DNA from: Alphaproteobacteria bacterium
GTDB lineage: Bacteria > Pseudomonadota > Alphaproteobacteria > CAAGCB01 > CAG-977
Assembly (NCBI GenBank): GCA_900768845.1
Contig: CAAGEK010000025.1
Location: forward strand, 778-64,777
Length of the DNA stretch: 64,000 nucleotides
Reading direction: 5' to 3'
Shown here: positions 46,886 to 54,930 of the stretch, piece by piece
How positions within the stretch are numbered: position 1 is the first letter of the stretch
Layout: each line of letters begins with the position of its first letter
The notes under the pieces: generated by a model
What the model was told of the DNA's origin: nothing
The model's database searches: none
What the model saw: only the letters and a program-made list of their open reading frames with translations
Position numbers and translations under genes: made by a program

Positions 46886-48144
46886 CGGTACAGCCTGCGC
46901 GGGGGACGCGTGACATTTACGGGGATGAACTCAGGGCTTTCGCATTCGTCGAACAAACGGCGAAAGATATGGCCGGACGGTACGGATACGGAGAAATCCG
47001 CACGCCCGTTTTTGAATTTACCGAAATTTTTTCCCGCGGCATCGGCGAAGCGACCGACGTTGTCAGCAAAGAAATGTACACGTTCACCGACCGCGGCGGC
47101 GAAAGCCTGACTTTGCGTCCCGAAGGAACGGCGGGCGCGGTTCGCGCATTCATTTCCGAAGGCATGGAACAAAACCAGCCTGTCAAATTGTTCTATTCGG
47201 GGTCGATGTTCCGTTACGAACGCCCTCAAAAAGGCCGTTACCGCCAGTTCAACCAGATCGGGGTCGAATTGTTGGGAGCTTCGACGCCTCAGGCCGATAT
47301 AGAAGTCCTGTCTTTGGCATGGGAGTTTTTGAAGGCTTTGGGATTGAAGGATTTTATCCGTCTGGAGCTGAATACGCTGGGGGATGCGGACAGCCGTGCG
47401 GCTTACCGCGACGCGTTGGTGGGGTATTTTTCCGCGCATAAAGGCGAATTGTCCGAAGACAGCCTGAACCGTTTGGATAAAAACCCGTTGCGCATTTTGG
47501 ATTCCAAAGACGAAGGCGACAAGAAAATCGTCGAAGGCGCGCCTGAAATGACGGCGTACCTGAACGAAGAATCCCGCAAGTTTTTCAACACCGTTCAAGA
47601 AGGTTTGAAAGCTTTGGACATTCCGTTTACGGTCAACCCCCGTCTGGTGCGCGGGTTGGATTATTACCGGCATACGGTTTTTGAATTCATAACGGAATCT
47701 TTGGGAACGCAGGGAACGGTTCTGGGGGGCGGCCGGTACGACGGTTTGGTTCAGGAGCTGGGCGGTTCTCAAACATCGGGAATCGGTTTCGGGTCGGGCG
47801 TCGACCGTTTGGCGATGTTGCTTATGGAAACGAAGCTGTTACCGCCGGCGACGCGTCCGGTCGCGGTCGTTCCCGCCGGTGAAGACGCCGTTCTGCCCGT
47901 TATGAAAATTGCGCAGGATTTGCGGCGTGCGGGATGCATCGTTGATATGACGTATTCGGGGAATATGGGCAAGCGGTTGAAAAAAGCCAATAAAATCAAC
48001 GCTTGCGCCGCCGTTATCGCCGGATCGGACGAATTGTCCAAAGGGGCGGTTTGCGTCCGCGATTTGGACAGCGGCGAGCAATCCGAAGTATTGATAAAGG
48101 ACTTGGCCGGTTATTTGAAAAAATACGGCGGAGAACGCATATGA
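46882..48144 (+). CDS. hisS: histidine--tRNA ligase
   Basis: 420 aa with [28 protein letters not shown] and GGGRYDGL. Confidence 0.96.
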   Translation: MTVQPARGTRDIYGDELRAFAFVEQTAKDMAGRYGYGEIRTPVFEFTEIFSRGIGEATDVVSKEMYTFTDRGGESLTLRPEGTAGAVRAFISEGMEQNQPVKLFYSGSMFRYERPQKGRYRQFNQIGVELLGASTPQADIEVLSLAWEFLKALGLKDFIRLELNTLGDADSRAAYRDALVGYFSAHKGELSEDSLNRLDKNPLRILDSKDEGDKKIVEGAPEMTAYLNEESRKFFNTVQEGLKALDIPFTVNPRLVRGLDYYRHTVFEFITESLGTQGTVLGGGRYDGLVQELGGSQTSGIGFGSGVDRLAMLLMETKLLPPATRPVAVVPAGEDAVLPVMKIAQDLRRAGCIVDMTYSGNMGKRLKKANKINACAAVIAGSDELSKGAVCVRDLDSGEQSEVLIKDLAGYLKKYGGERI

Positions 48145-49217
48145 GCTTTGAAGAGAAACTCAATGTCGTTTTGGCGCGTCATGAAGAGCTGGAAGCGTTG
48201 CTGGGGTCGGGCGAAAGCACGGACGGCGAAACGTTTGTAAAACTCTCGAAAGAATTGGCGAACCTGAAAGACGTTGTGGAAGCCATTCGCGCCTTTAAGG
48301 GGGCGCAATCGGAAATGGCGGACGCCGAAGCGATGATGGCGGACGGTTCTTTGGACGCCGATATGCGTGCGATGGCGGAAGAGGAGTTTTACGCCGTCAA
48401 GGAAAAACTTCCCGAATTGGAACGCAATCTGAAAATCCTGTTGTTGCCGAAAAACGCTGTCGACGAAAAGAATGCGATTTTGGAAGTCCGTGCGGGCACG
48501 GGCGGGGAGGAAGCCGCTTTGTTCGCCTCGGAACTGTTCAGGATGTACGAGCATTTCGCCGCGGAACAGGGGTGGAAGTTTGAAACGCTCAGCGTCAACG
48601 ATACGGGGCTTGGCGGATACAAGGAAGCGTCGGCAAGCGTGACCGGCAAGTCCGTTTTTGAAAAGTTGAAATTTGAATCGGGCGTTCATCGCGTCCAACG
48701 CGTCCCCGAAACGGAATCGGGCGGACGGATTCATACGTCTGCGGCGACGGTGGCCGTTTTGCCCGAAGCCGAAGAAGTCGATTTGAAAATCGATCCGAAG
48801 GATTTGAAAATCGACGTTTACCGTGCTTCCGGCGCGGGCGGCCAGCACGTCAACAAAACGGAAAGCGCGGTGCGCATCACGCACATTCCGACGGGGGTTG
48901 TCGTCGAATGTCAGGATGAACGTTCGCAATTCAAAAACAAAGACCGCGCGATGACGATTTTGCGTTCCCGCCTGTATGACGCACAACGTCAGGCGTTGGA
49001 CAGCGAACGGGCTTCCGACCGTAAAAATCAGGTCGGGTCGGGCGACCGTTCCGAACGCATCCGCACATATAATTTTCCGCAAGGGCGCGTGACGGATCAC
49101 CGCATCAATCTGACTTTGTATAAGATTGATCAGGTGATGAACGGCACGGCTTTGGGCGAGATTATCGACGCTTTGGTGACAGAGGATCAGCTGGTGCGGC
49201 TGTCCGAATTGGAATAA
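48141..49217 (+). CDS. prfA: peptide chain release factor 1
   Basis: The ATG at 48141 overlaps the hisS stop. Contains GGQ motif [23 protein letters not shown]. The longer ORF from 48003 is an in-frame upstream extension inside hisS. Confidence 0.95.
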   Translation: MSFEEKLNVVLARHEELEALLGSGESTDGETFVKLSKELANLKDVVEAIRAFKGAQSEMADAEAMMADGSLDADMRAMAEEEFYAVKEKLPELERNLKILLLPKNAVDEKNAILEVRAGTGGEEAALFASELFRMYEHFAAEQGWKFETLSVNDTGLGGYKEASASVTGKSVFEKLKFESGVHRVQRVPETESGGRIHTSAATVAVLPEAEEVDLKIDPKDLKIDVYRASGAGGQHVNKTESAVRITHIPTGVVVECQDERSQFKNKDRAMTILRSRLYDAQRQALDSERASDRKNQVGSGDRSERIRTYNFPQGRVTDHRINLTLYKIDQVMNGTALGEIIDALVTEDQLVRLSELE

Positions 49218-49218
49218 G

Positions 49219-50100
49219 ATGCGCGTTCGGGAACTTTTGGACGGTTTGGCATGCCGTTTTTCGGCGGCGGGGATTGATTCCGCCCGAACGGATGCGCGTT
49301 TGCTGGCGGCTTTTGCAATGAAGGTCGCGCCCGTGGCGTTGCGAATGAATCCCGATTTGGAAGTTCCCGCGGACGTTTCGGAGAAAATCGAAGAATACGC
49401 CGCCCGTCGCATCCGGCGCGAACCGGTGTCCAAAATTTTGGAAGCCCGCGGCTTTTGGAGCTTGGATTTCAGGGTGACGAAAGACGTTCTCGATCCGCGC
49501 CCCGATTCGGAAACGTTGATTGAAACGGCGACGGAAATTTTTCCGGACAGGACGAAAGCTTTGGAAGTTTTGGATTTGGGAACGGGATCCGGATGCCTTG
49601 CCCTGTCCGTTTTGGCGGAATATCCGAATGCGACGGCTGTCGGTACGGACGTTTCGGAACGGGCTTTGGCGGTTGCACGCGAAAATGCGGCTTGCAACGG
49701 CTTGTCCGGCCGCTTTACCGCCGTGTGCGCCGATTGGACGCACCAAGGGTGGACACAGGCGTTAAACGGCCGCCGGTTCGATTTGATTTTGTCGAATCCC
49801 CCCTACATCGCCGAAAACGAACGCGAAACTTTGGAGCCCGAAGTCGTAAACTTCGATCCTTGCGAAGCTTTGTTCGGCGGTGAAGACGGGCTTGATCCGT
49901 ATCGTGTTCTGGCTCCCGTATTGGGAGGGATGATGAAGGCGGACGGGGCGGCGATATTTGAATTCGGCAAAGGCCAACACGAAGCGGTCAGACGTATTTT
50001 TGAACAAAACGGGCTTGTTTTCGGGCGTTTCGGAACGGATTTGGGCGGCGTCGTCCGGTGTATAACGGCTTTTCGTGAAAAAAACGCTTTGAAAGCATAA
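49219..50100 (+). CDS. prmC: release-factor glutamine N5-methyltransferase PrmC (HemK)
   Basis: 293 aa with the SAM motif VLDLGTGSGCL and the catalytic LILSNPPYI. It lies directly after prfA. Confidence 0.92.
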   Translation: MRVRELLDGLACRFSAAGIDSARTDARLLAAFAMKVAPVALRMNPDLEVPADVSEKIEEYAARRIRREPVSKILEARGFWSLDFRVTKDVLDPRPDSETLIETATEIFPDRTKALEVLDLGTGSGCLALSVLAEYPNATAVGTDVSERALAVARENAACNGLSGRFTAVCADWTHQGWTQALNGRRFDLILSNPPYIAENERETLEPEVVNFDPCEALFGGEDGLDPYRVLAPVLGGMMKADGAAIFEFGKGQHEAVRRIFEQNGLVFGRFGTDLGGVVRCITAFREKNALKA

Positions 50101-50230
50101 AAAATTATTGAAATAACGGCCGTATCCTTTTAGTGTAAAATCGTAAAAAAGGAAGAAATAAGACCTTCCTGCCGTTAAAACGTACGGTGTTTTTTATTTT
50201 TTAATGAAATCAAATCTCGGATGAAAAGAC

Positions 50231-50857
50231 ATGGGAATGAATCCTAGAGGACGTTCACGCGGACGTAATCATAATTACAACAACAATAACCGCCGTTTTA
50301 ACAATTACGGCCTGTCCCGAAACACAGTGTTTGACAGTCTGGGGCCTGCGGGACGGTTGCGCGGAACGGCATTCCAGCTGATGGAAAAATATCTGGCGGC
50401 GGCAAAGGACGCCATGTCTTCCGATCGCGTTTTGGCGGAAAACTGTTTGCAACACGCGGATCATTATATGCGTTTGAACGCGATGGCGATTGCGGCGGAA
50501 AATCAAAACCGTTTCCAGCAAAACCAGCCGCAACCCGTTATTGAAAATACGCCGCTTATTGCCGAAGCCGAGCCCGAACCCGCCGCGGAACCCGTTGAAG
50601 AAGCTGTTGAAGAGGCGGTCGAGGCCGAAGCACCGGCGGAAATCTCTTGTGACGTCGAAAAACCGGTTGATTTGTCAATGATTGCCGGAGCGGATTTGTC
50701 CGTGCCGGTCAGGGCGATTGAAGAAAACCACGCTCAACCGGCCGCCCCGCGCCGTCGGGGTCGTCCGCCGATGCGCCGGTTGATTCCGGAAACCGAACCC
50801 GCCGCGGATTCCGTTCCCCGTCGTCGCGGCCGTCCGCCCAAACAGGCCGAAGTTTAG
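50231..50857 (+). CDS. DUF4167-domain protein with C-terminal RGRP (AT-hook-like) motifs
   Basis: N-terminal Asn/Arg-rich segment, then RGTAFQLMEKYLAAAKDA...CLQHADHYMRL. Two RRRGRPP motifs lie near the C-terminus. Confidence 0.8.
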   Translation: MGMNPRGRSRGRNHNYNNNNRRFNNYGLSRNTVFDSLGPAGRLRGTAFQLMEKYLAAAKDAMSSDRVLAENCLQHADHYMRLNAMAIAAENQNRFQQNQPQPVIENTPLIAEAEPEPAAEPVEEAVEEAVEAEAPAEISCDVEKPVDLSMIAGADLSVPVRAIEENHAQPAAPRRRGRPPMRRLIPETEPAADSVPRRRGRPPKQAEV

Positions 50858-50887
50858 TTTAAACAAAAGAAAACGAAAGGAAACAGA

Positions 50888-51070
50888 ATGGAACAGTTGC
50901 TGATAAAGCTTGTATGTGCGTTTGTTCACCCGAAAAGCAAAAGCAAACGCAAAGCCATGCGTGAAAAACTTAAAGCGGATTTAATCCGTTTTAAATGCCG
51001 TCTTTTATCCATGTCCGAAGAAGACGCTCAACGTATGATAGAAACCAGGGGGGGGGGTATCTCTAATTAA
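50888..51070 (+). CDS. 60-aa ORF ending just after a G10 tract; probable detached 5' part of the downstream glycosyltransferase gene
   Basis: A good RBS (AAGGAA, 6 nt spacing) precedes it. The ORF reads through G10 (51048-51057) and stops at TAA 51068-51070. Removing one G fuses it in frame to the next ORF. Confidence 0.5.
   Translation: MEQLLIKLVCAFVHPKSKSKRKAMREKLKADLIRFKCRLLSMSEEDAQRMIETRGGGISN
51048..51057. repeat. homopolymeric G10 tract (candidate slipped-strand phase-variation site)
   Basis: Ten consecutive G were counted directly in the sequence, lying between the two ORFs of the split glycosyltransferase. Confidence 0.9.
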
Positions 51071-51080
51071 ATACGCCTTG

Positions 51081-51935
51081 ATGAAGCGGCGTTTAAGGTG
51101 CGAAAAGAAACGCCGTTTTCCGCAATATTTGTCCGTATGCGCGATTGTTAAGAACGAAGCGGCCTATCTGCCGGAATGGATCGAATTTTATAAACTGGCC
51201 GGCGCAGATAAATTTTATATTTACGATAATGATTCAACGGATAACACCAAAGAAGTCCTAAAGCCTTATATTGATGCGGGCGATGTGGTTTATACGCTTC
51301 AATCCGGACAGGCTCAACAGGTTGTGGCTTATAACGACGCTGTGGCAAAATATAAAAACGAAACGAAATGGTTGGCGTTTTTTGATTTGGACGAATTTGT
51401 TTTGCCCCTTTCGACGCGAACGATTCCCGAATTTCTAAAAGATTTTGAAGAAGAGTGCGGCGTTGTCGTTTATTGGATGGTTTATGGCGACAACGGGCAC
51501 AAAACGAAAACGGACGGTTTGGTTTTGGAACGCTTTACGGCACATTCGACTGAAGATTTTGACGCAAACAGACACGTTAAAACAATAGCCAACCCGAGAG
51601 AGATAAAAGAGATGAACGTTCATCATGCCGTTTATCGCGGCGGTTTTGCCAAAGACGAGGCCGGCCGTACGATTACATGGGCAAAAGGGGTCAATTCTGT
51701 TGAAAAAATCCGGATGAACCACTATTTCGGAAAATCGTTTGAAGAATTTATGCAAAAAAGAAACAGAGGGATGGCGGATCATAAACGTAACGATTTACGT
51801 TCCGTAAGCGATTTTGAAATTCATAACCGTAATGAAATAACAAACGATACGTCGGCGGAAAAATACATCCGTCCGATAAAGGAAGCTCTGGCGCGAAAGG
51901 GATTTGACGAAAGCGGGCGATTATTGCCGCGCTGA
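51081..51935 (+). CDS. glycosyltransferase, family 92-like (DUF23-type)
   Basis: LSVCAIVKNEAAYLPEWIEFYKLAGADKFYIYDNDSTDNT matches the GT92 N-terminal signature. There is no Shine-Dalgarno ahead of ATG 51081 or TTG 51078. Confidence 0.75.
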   Translation: MKRRLRCEKKRRFPQYLSVCAIVKNEAAYLPEWIEFYKLAGADKFYIYDNDSTDNTKEVLKPYIDAGDVVYTLQSGQAQQVVAYNDAVAKYKNETKWLAFFDLDEFVLPLSTRTIPEFLKDFEEECGVVVYWMVYGDNGHKTKTDGLVLERFTAHSTEDFDANRHVKTIANPREIKEMNVHHAVYRGGFAKDEAGRTITWAKGVNSVEKIRMNHYFGKSFEEFMQKRNRGMADHKRNDLRSVSDFEIHNRNEITNDTSAEKYIRPIKEALARKGFDESGRLLPR

Positions 51936-52144
51936 TGTGTTCGGGCGGGAAAGGGCAAATTGTCTGCCGTTGAACGGATGAATGTAACGGCAGGAAGCTA
52001 AAACCGCGTATTCCCGCCCTTTCGGCAAAACGCCGCTGAACGGATGAAGGCAACGGCATAGAATGACTACTCTTCTCATTGCCTACCGGAACATTGTAGT
52101 CGCTGAACGGACGGGCGGCCGGAGCATCTATCGCCACCCCGCCG

Positions 52145-54760
52145 TCACCGGCCGTTGTTTTTCCTGTTCGACAGCAAGCGTGCTTTGCTTTCGGCAATCC
52201 GTCGTGCGGTTTCGTCTTTGACGTCGCTGCGCCGGTAATATTCCGACCATTGCTTTTCGGGCGAATATTTCCGGCTTTCCGCCAGTGTGTCCGACCAATC
52301 GCGTTGTGAAAGGGGAACCTTCATTTTTTGTTCCAACGCATCCAGTTCCTTTCCCGACAGCTTTGAAACGCTTTGGCGGATCATGGCAGGGACGTCGATG
52401 GCGATGCTGTTGAATTTATCGGCGTTCGTGCCTTTTTTGTCGTCGTTAAACCCCATCAGCAGACTTGCGCCGTTTTCGCGTTTTTCCAACATCATCATGT
52501 GTTGCGGCCGCCCGCTTTTCGTCAGCGCGACGACAACCGTTCCCGTTTGAAAACCTTTTTCTTCGGCCAAAGCGTTGAATTTTCCCGTGCCGCCCGTTTC
52601 GTACAAATGACCGCTTTCTTTTGTCGCTTCGATAAATCCTGCGGGTTTTAAGCCTTGTTTGGCGTCGGGCATGAAATCCAAAACGTTCTCGCCGTAGTAA
52701 GATTTCATTTTATAAAGGCTCAACAGGATGCCTTGAGCGCAATAACCGTGCAAATCTTCCGTTTTGCCCTCGTATTCCACCGAACCGTCGAAAAAGTCGT
52801 ACCGGTTTGTCTGGCTTTTCAAAACGGACATTTTTTCTTGGAACAAGGCTTGGTCGCCATGCGGGCCGATGAACATCCACTTGCCTTTTTCTTTGCGGAT
52901 TTTTGCTGTTTCTTCGGGAGAATCACGTTTCGCCGTTTCGTAAAGCGCGTTTATACGTTGAAAATCGCGTGCTTTGCAACAGTCCCCCAATTCCTGTATT
53001 TTCGCGGGATTGTTTTTATACAGCTTTTCCAGAACCGAGGCGGAAAAATCGGGTCTTTGTTCCGCCGTATTCAAAAACTCCTCCCGAAGGACGGGATTGT
53101 TTTCATATGTTTCAAGAGCTTTAGCGTTCAACGAGGAAAGAAAGGCGAAACGCTTTTGAACGTCCGCGACAAATTCATCCGTCAAAGCGGCGGCGATTTT
53201 GTCTTTTCTGTTCCGGTCGGTTTCAAGCAAAGCGGTCATTAAAGGCTTTTTTTCAGGCGTCGTCGAAAAAGCGGGGTCTTTGTTTTGTGGCAAAACGGTG
53301 TCTCCTTTGATTTTGATTTGTGCTCCCGACGGCAGAAGCAGTTTGTCCAAACCGGAGCAATTTTGGTTTTCCAACGTTAAATAATCACATTTCATCTTTC
53401 CAAAATCCACCGTCCCGTGTTCGGGCAATTTGACGTTGCTTAAAAAGAAAACGCCGCATTTTTCGGGATAATCGACGGTTTCCGTTCGGGACAAGTCGCA
53501 ATTTGAAAGGCCGACAACGCCGGTGCATTTGCTTAAATCAAGTTTTCGGGGGGCAAGACACCCGTCCATGAAAAAATCGCCGGTGAAACGGACGGTTTCC
53601 AAGTCTTCCGGCAGAGCCAGCGCGGAAAATTCCGCATTGGCGATTTCCCGTTTGCCGTTGCGGTTTTTGATTGAACCGCTGAAAACCAATCCGCGAATGT
53701 CGGGACGGAAATCAGCGTACCCGTCCGTTAAAGGAGCGTCCGATTTTTCATAAGGCACGACGGAAAATCCGGAAACCAGCCGGTTCATCCGTTCGGCCAT
53801 ATGGTCGTTTTTCTCGCTGACGTCATACGGCGTGTGAAGATGCGCGAATTTTTCCCATTCGGGGGAAACATAGCCTTTTTCGTCGGCGATTCGGACGATT
53901 TTTTCGCCGGCTTTCAAATAAACGGCCGTCAACGGATTTCTGTCGGGCAGGATTAAAGTTTCGTAATCGTCTTTGTTGTCGGGATGGCCGACGCATTCTT
54001 CGGAACCGTCGGGACGCTCCACACCGGCCATGCCGTAAAATTTCTGTCCGGCGAGTTCTTCAAATTCGTAAATGAAACCGTAAGGTATGCCGTCCGCTTC
54101 CTTGTACCTCAGCCCCGCGCCTTTGATTCCGTCGGCATACGTCGCGGCGGTGGCGAAATCCCTTGTGGCATAAACGGCGTCGCGTTGCCGCCTGTGAAAA
54201 GTCATCGCGTACGGATTGCCGCCCAGAGTGCCGCCACGATACAAACGTCCAGACTTGGGCGAAACGGGTTCCATTTCTTTTTGCGCGAATTCAAGTTGTC
54301 GCGCCGTAAAGGAAACGGCGTCCCGATCGTTCGGGTTGTTTTTCCCTATATCGATGATTTTACCGTCGTAAGTGCGGGTGAGGGCGGGGATCAGGTTTTC
54401 TTTTGCAACAGGCAAAGCCCGACTTGTCGGGATGCCGTTTCGCCGCATGATTTCATAAACGTCCGCCACGGCTTTGACGGCGTCTTCGGGGGTGAAAAAA
54501 GGGGTGCGGAGACCTGTTCCGTCAACGATGAAAGCGTCGGGAAGGTCTTTCGCATCCGGATGGTAATAGGGAACGGCGTTGATGCCGTTCAAACGCAACA
54601 GACTGACGGTTTCATCGACGCGTTTGCCTTCCGGATAAAGCCCCATGGATACGGAAACCGGATTTTTCAATTCGTCGAAATGATCCGACAAAACGGCGCG
54701 CAATCCGTCCTTGTAACCGGAAGCGTTGATAACGCTTTCTATGAAAGGTTTGTTTCCCAT
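52145..54760 (-). CDS. 871-aa orphan multidomain protein (effector/toxin-like; function unknown)
   Basis: Long uninterrupted ORF with no signal peptide or TM helix. A Cys-punctuated repeat region spans aa ~355-490. The C-terminal region has conserved-looking Cys674/His754/Asn-Asp772-773 spacing. Confidence 0.8.
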   Translation of the reverse strand: MGNKPFIESVINASGYKDGLRAVLSDHFDELKNPVSVSMGLYPEGKRVDETVSLLRLNGINAVPYYHPDAKDLPDAFIVDGTGLRTPFFTPEDAVKAVADVYEIMRRNGIPTSRALPVAKENLIPALTRTYDGKIIDIGKNNPNDRDAVSFTARQLEFAQKEMEPVSPKSGRLYRGGTLGGNPYAMTFHRRQRDAVYATRDFATAATYADGIKGAGLRYKEADGIPYGFIYEFEELAGQKFYGMAGVERPDGSEECVGHPDNKDDYETLILPDRNPLTAVYLKAGEKIVRIADEKGYVSPEWEKFAHLHTPYDVSEKNDHMAERMNRLVSGFSVVPYEKSDAPLTDGYADFRPDIRGLVFSGSIKNRNGKREIANAEFSALALPEDLETVRFTGDFFMDGCLAPRKLDLSKCTGVVGLSNCDLSRTETVDYPEKCGVFFLSNVKLPEHGTVDFGKMKCDYLTLENQNCSGLDKLLLPSGAQIKIKGDTVLPQNKDPAFSTTPEKKPLMTALLETDRNRKDKIAAALTDEFVADVQKRFAFLSSLNAKALETYENNPVLREEFLNTAEQRPDFSASVLEKLYKNNPAKIQELGDCCKARDFQRINALYETAKRDSPEETAKIRKEKGKWMFIGPHGDQALFQEKMSVLKSQTNRYDFFDGSVEYEGKTEDLHGYCAQGILLSLYKMKSYYGENVLDFMPDAKQGLKPAGFIEATKESGHLYETGGTGKFNALAEEKGFQTGTVVVALTKSGRPQHMMMLEKRENGASLLMGFNDDKKGTNADKFNSIAIDVPAMIRQSVSKLSGKELDALEQKMKVPLSQRDWSDTLAESRKYSPEKQWSEYYRRSDVKDETARRIAESKARLLSNRKNNGR

Positions 54761-54857
54761 CCGCGCAATTTCCTTTGCTTTCCTCCGTTTTTATATCAAA
54801 TTTCCGAAATTTTGTCAATAACGTGCGGTGTAACGCGAAAATAGATATACAAGCTAT

Positions 54858-54885
54858 CTTGCATCGGGAGCGACGAGTTCTATAT
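54858..54885 (+). promoter_or_regulatory. candidate RpoH (sigma-32)-type promoter of clpB
   Basis: CTTG (54858-54861), an 18-nt spacer, then CTATAT (54880-54885), about 45 nt upstream of the clpB ATG. This resembles the alphaproteobacterial CTTG-N17-CYTATNT consensus. Confidence 0.5.
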
Positions 54886-54930
54886 AAAAGAAAGCAGAAG
54901 TGCTTTAAAGGTTTTTAAGGACGGATAAGA

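Noticed and set aside
48111-49697. 528-aa ORF antisense to prfA/prmC, and similar antisense ORFs at 42563-43504, 43558-44793, 44385-45371, 46762-47772 and 59955-61064
   Set aside because: Each lies opposite a confidently identified housekeeping gene and has Arg-rich shadow-frame composition.
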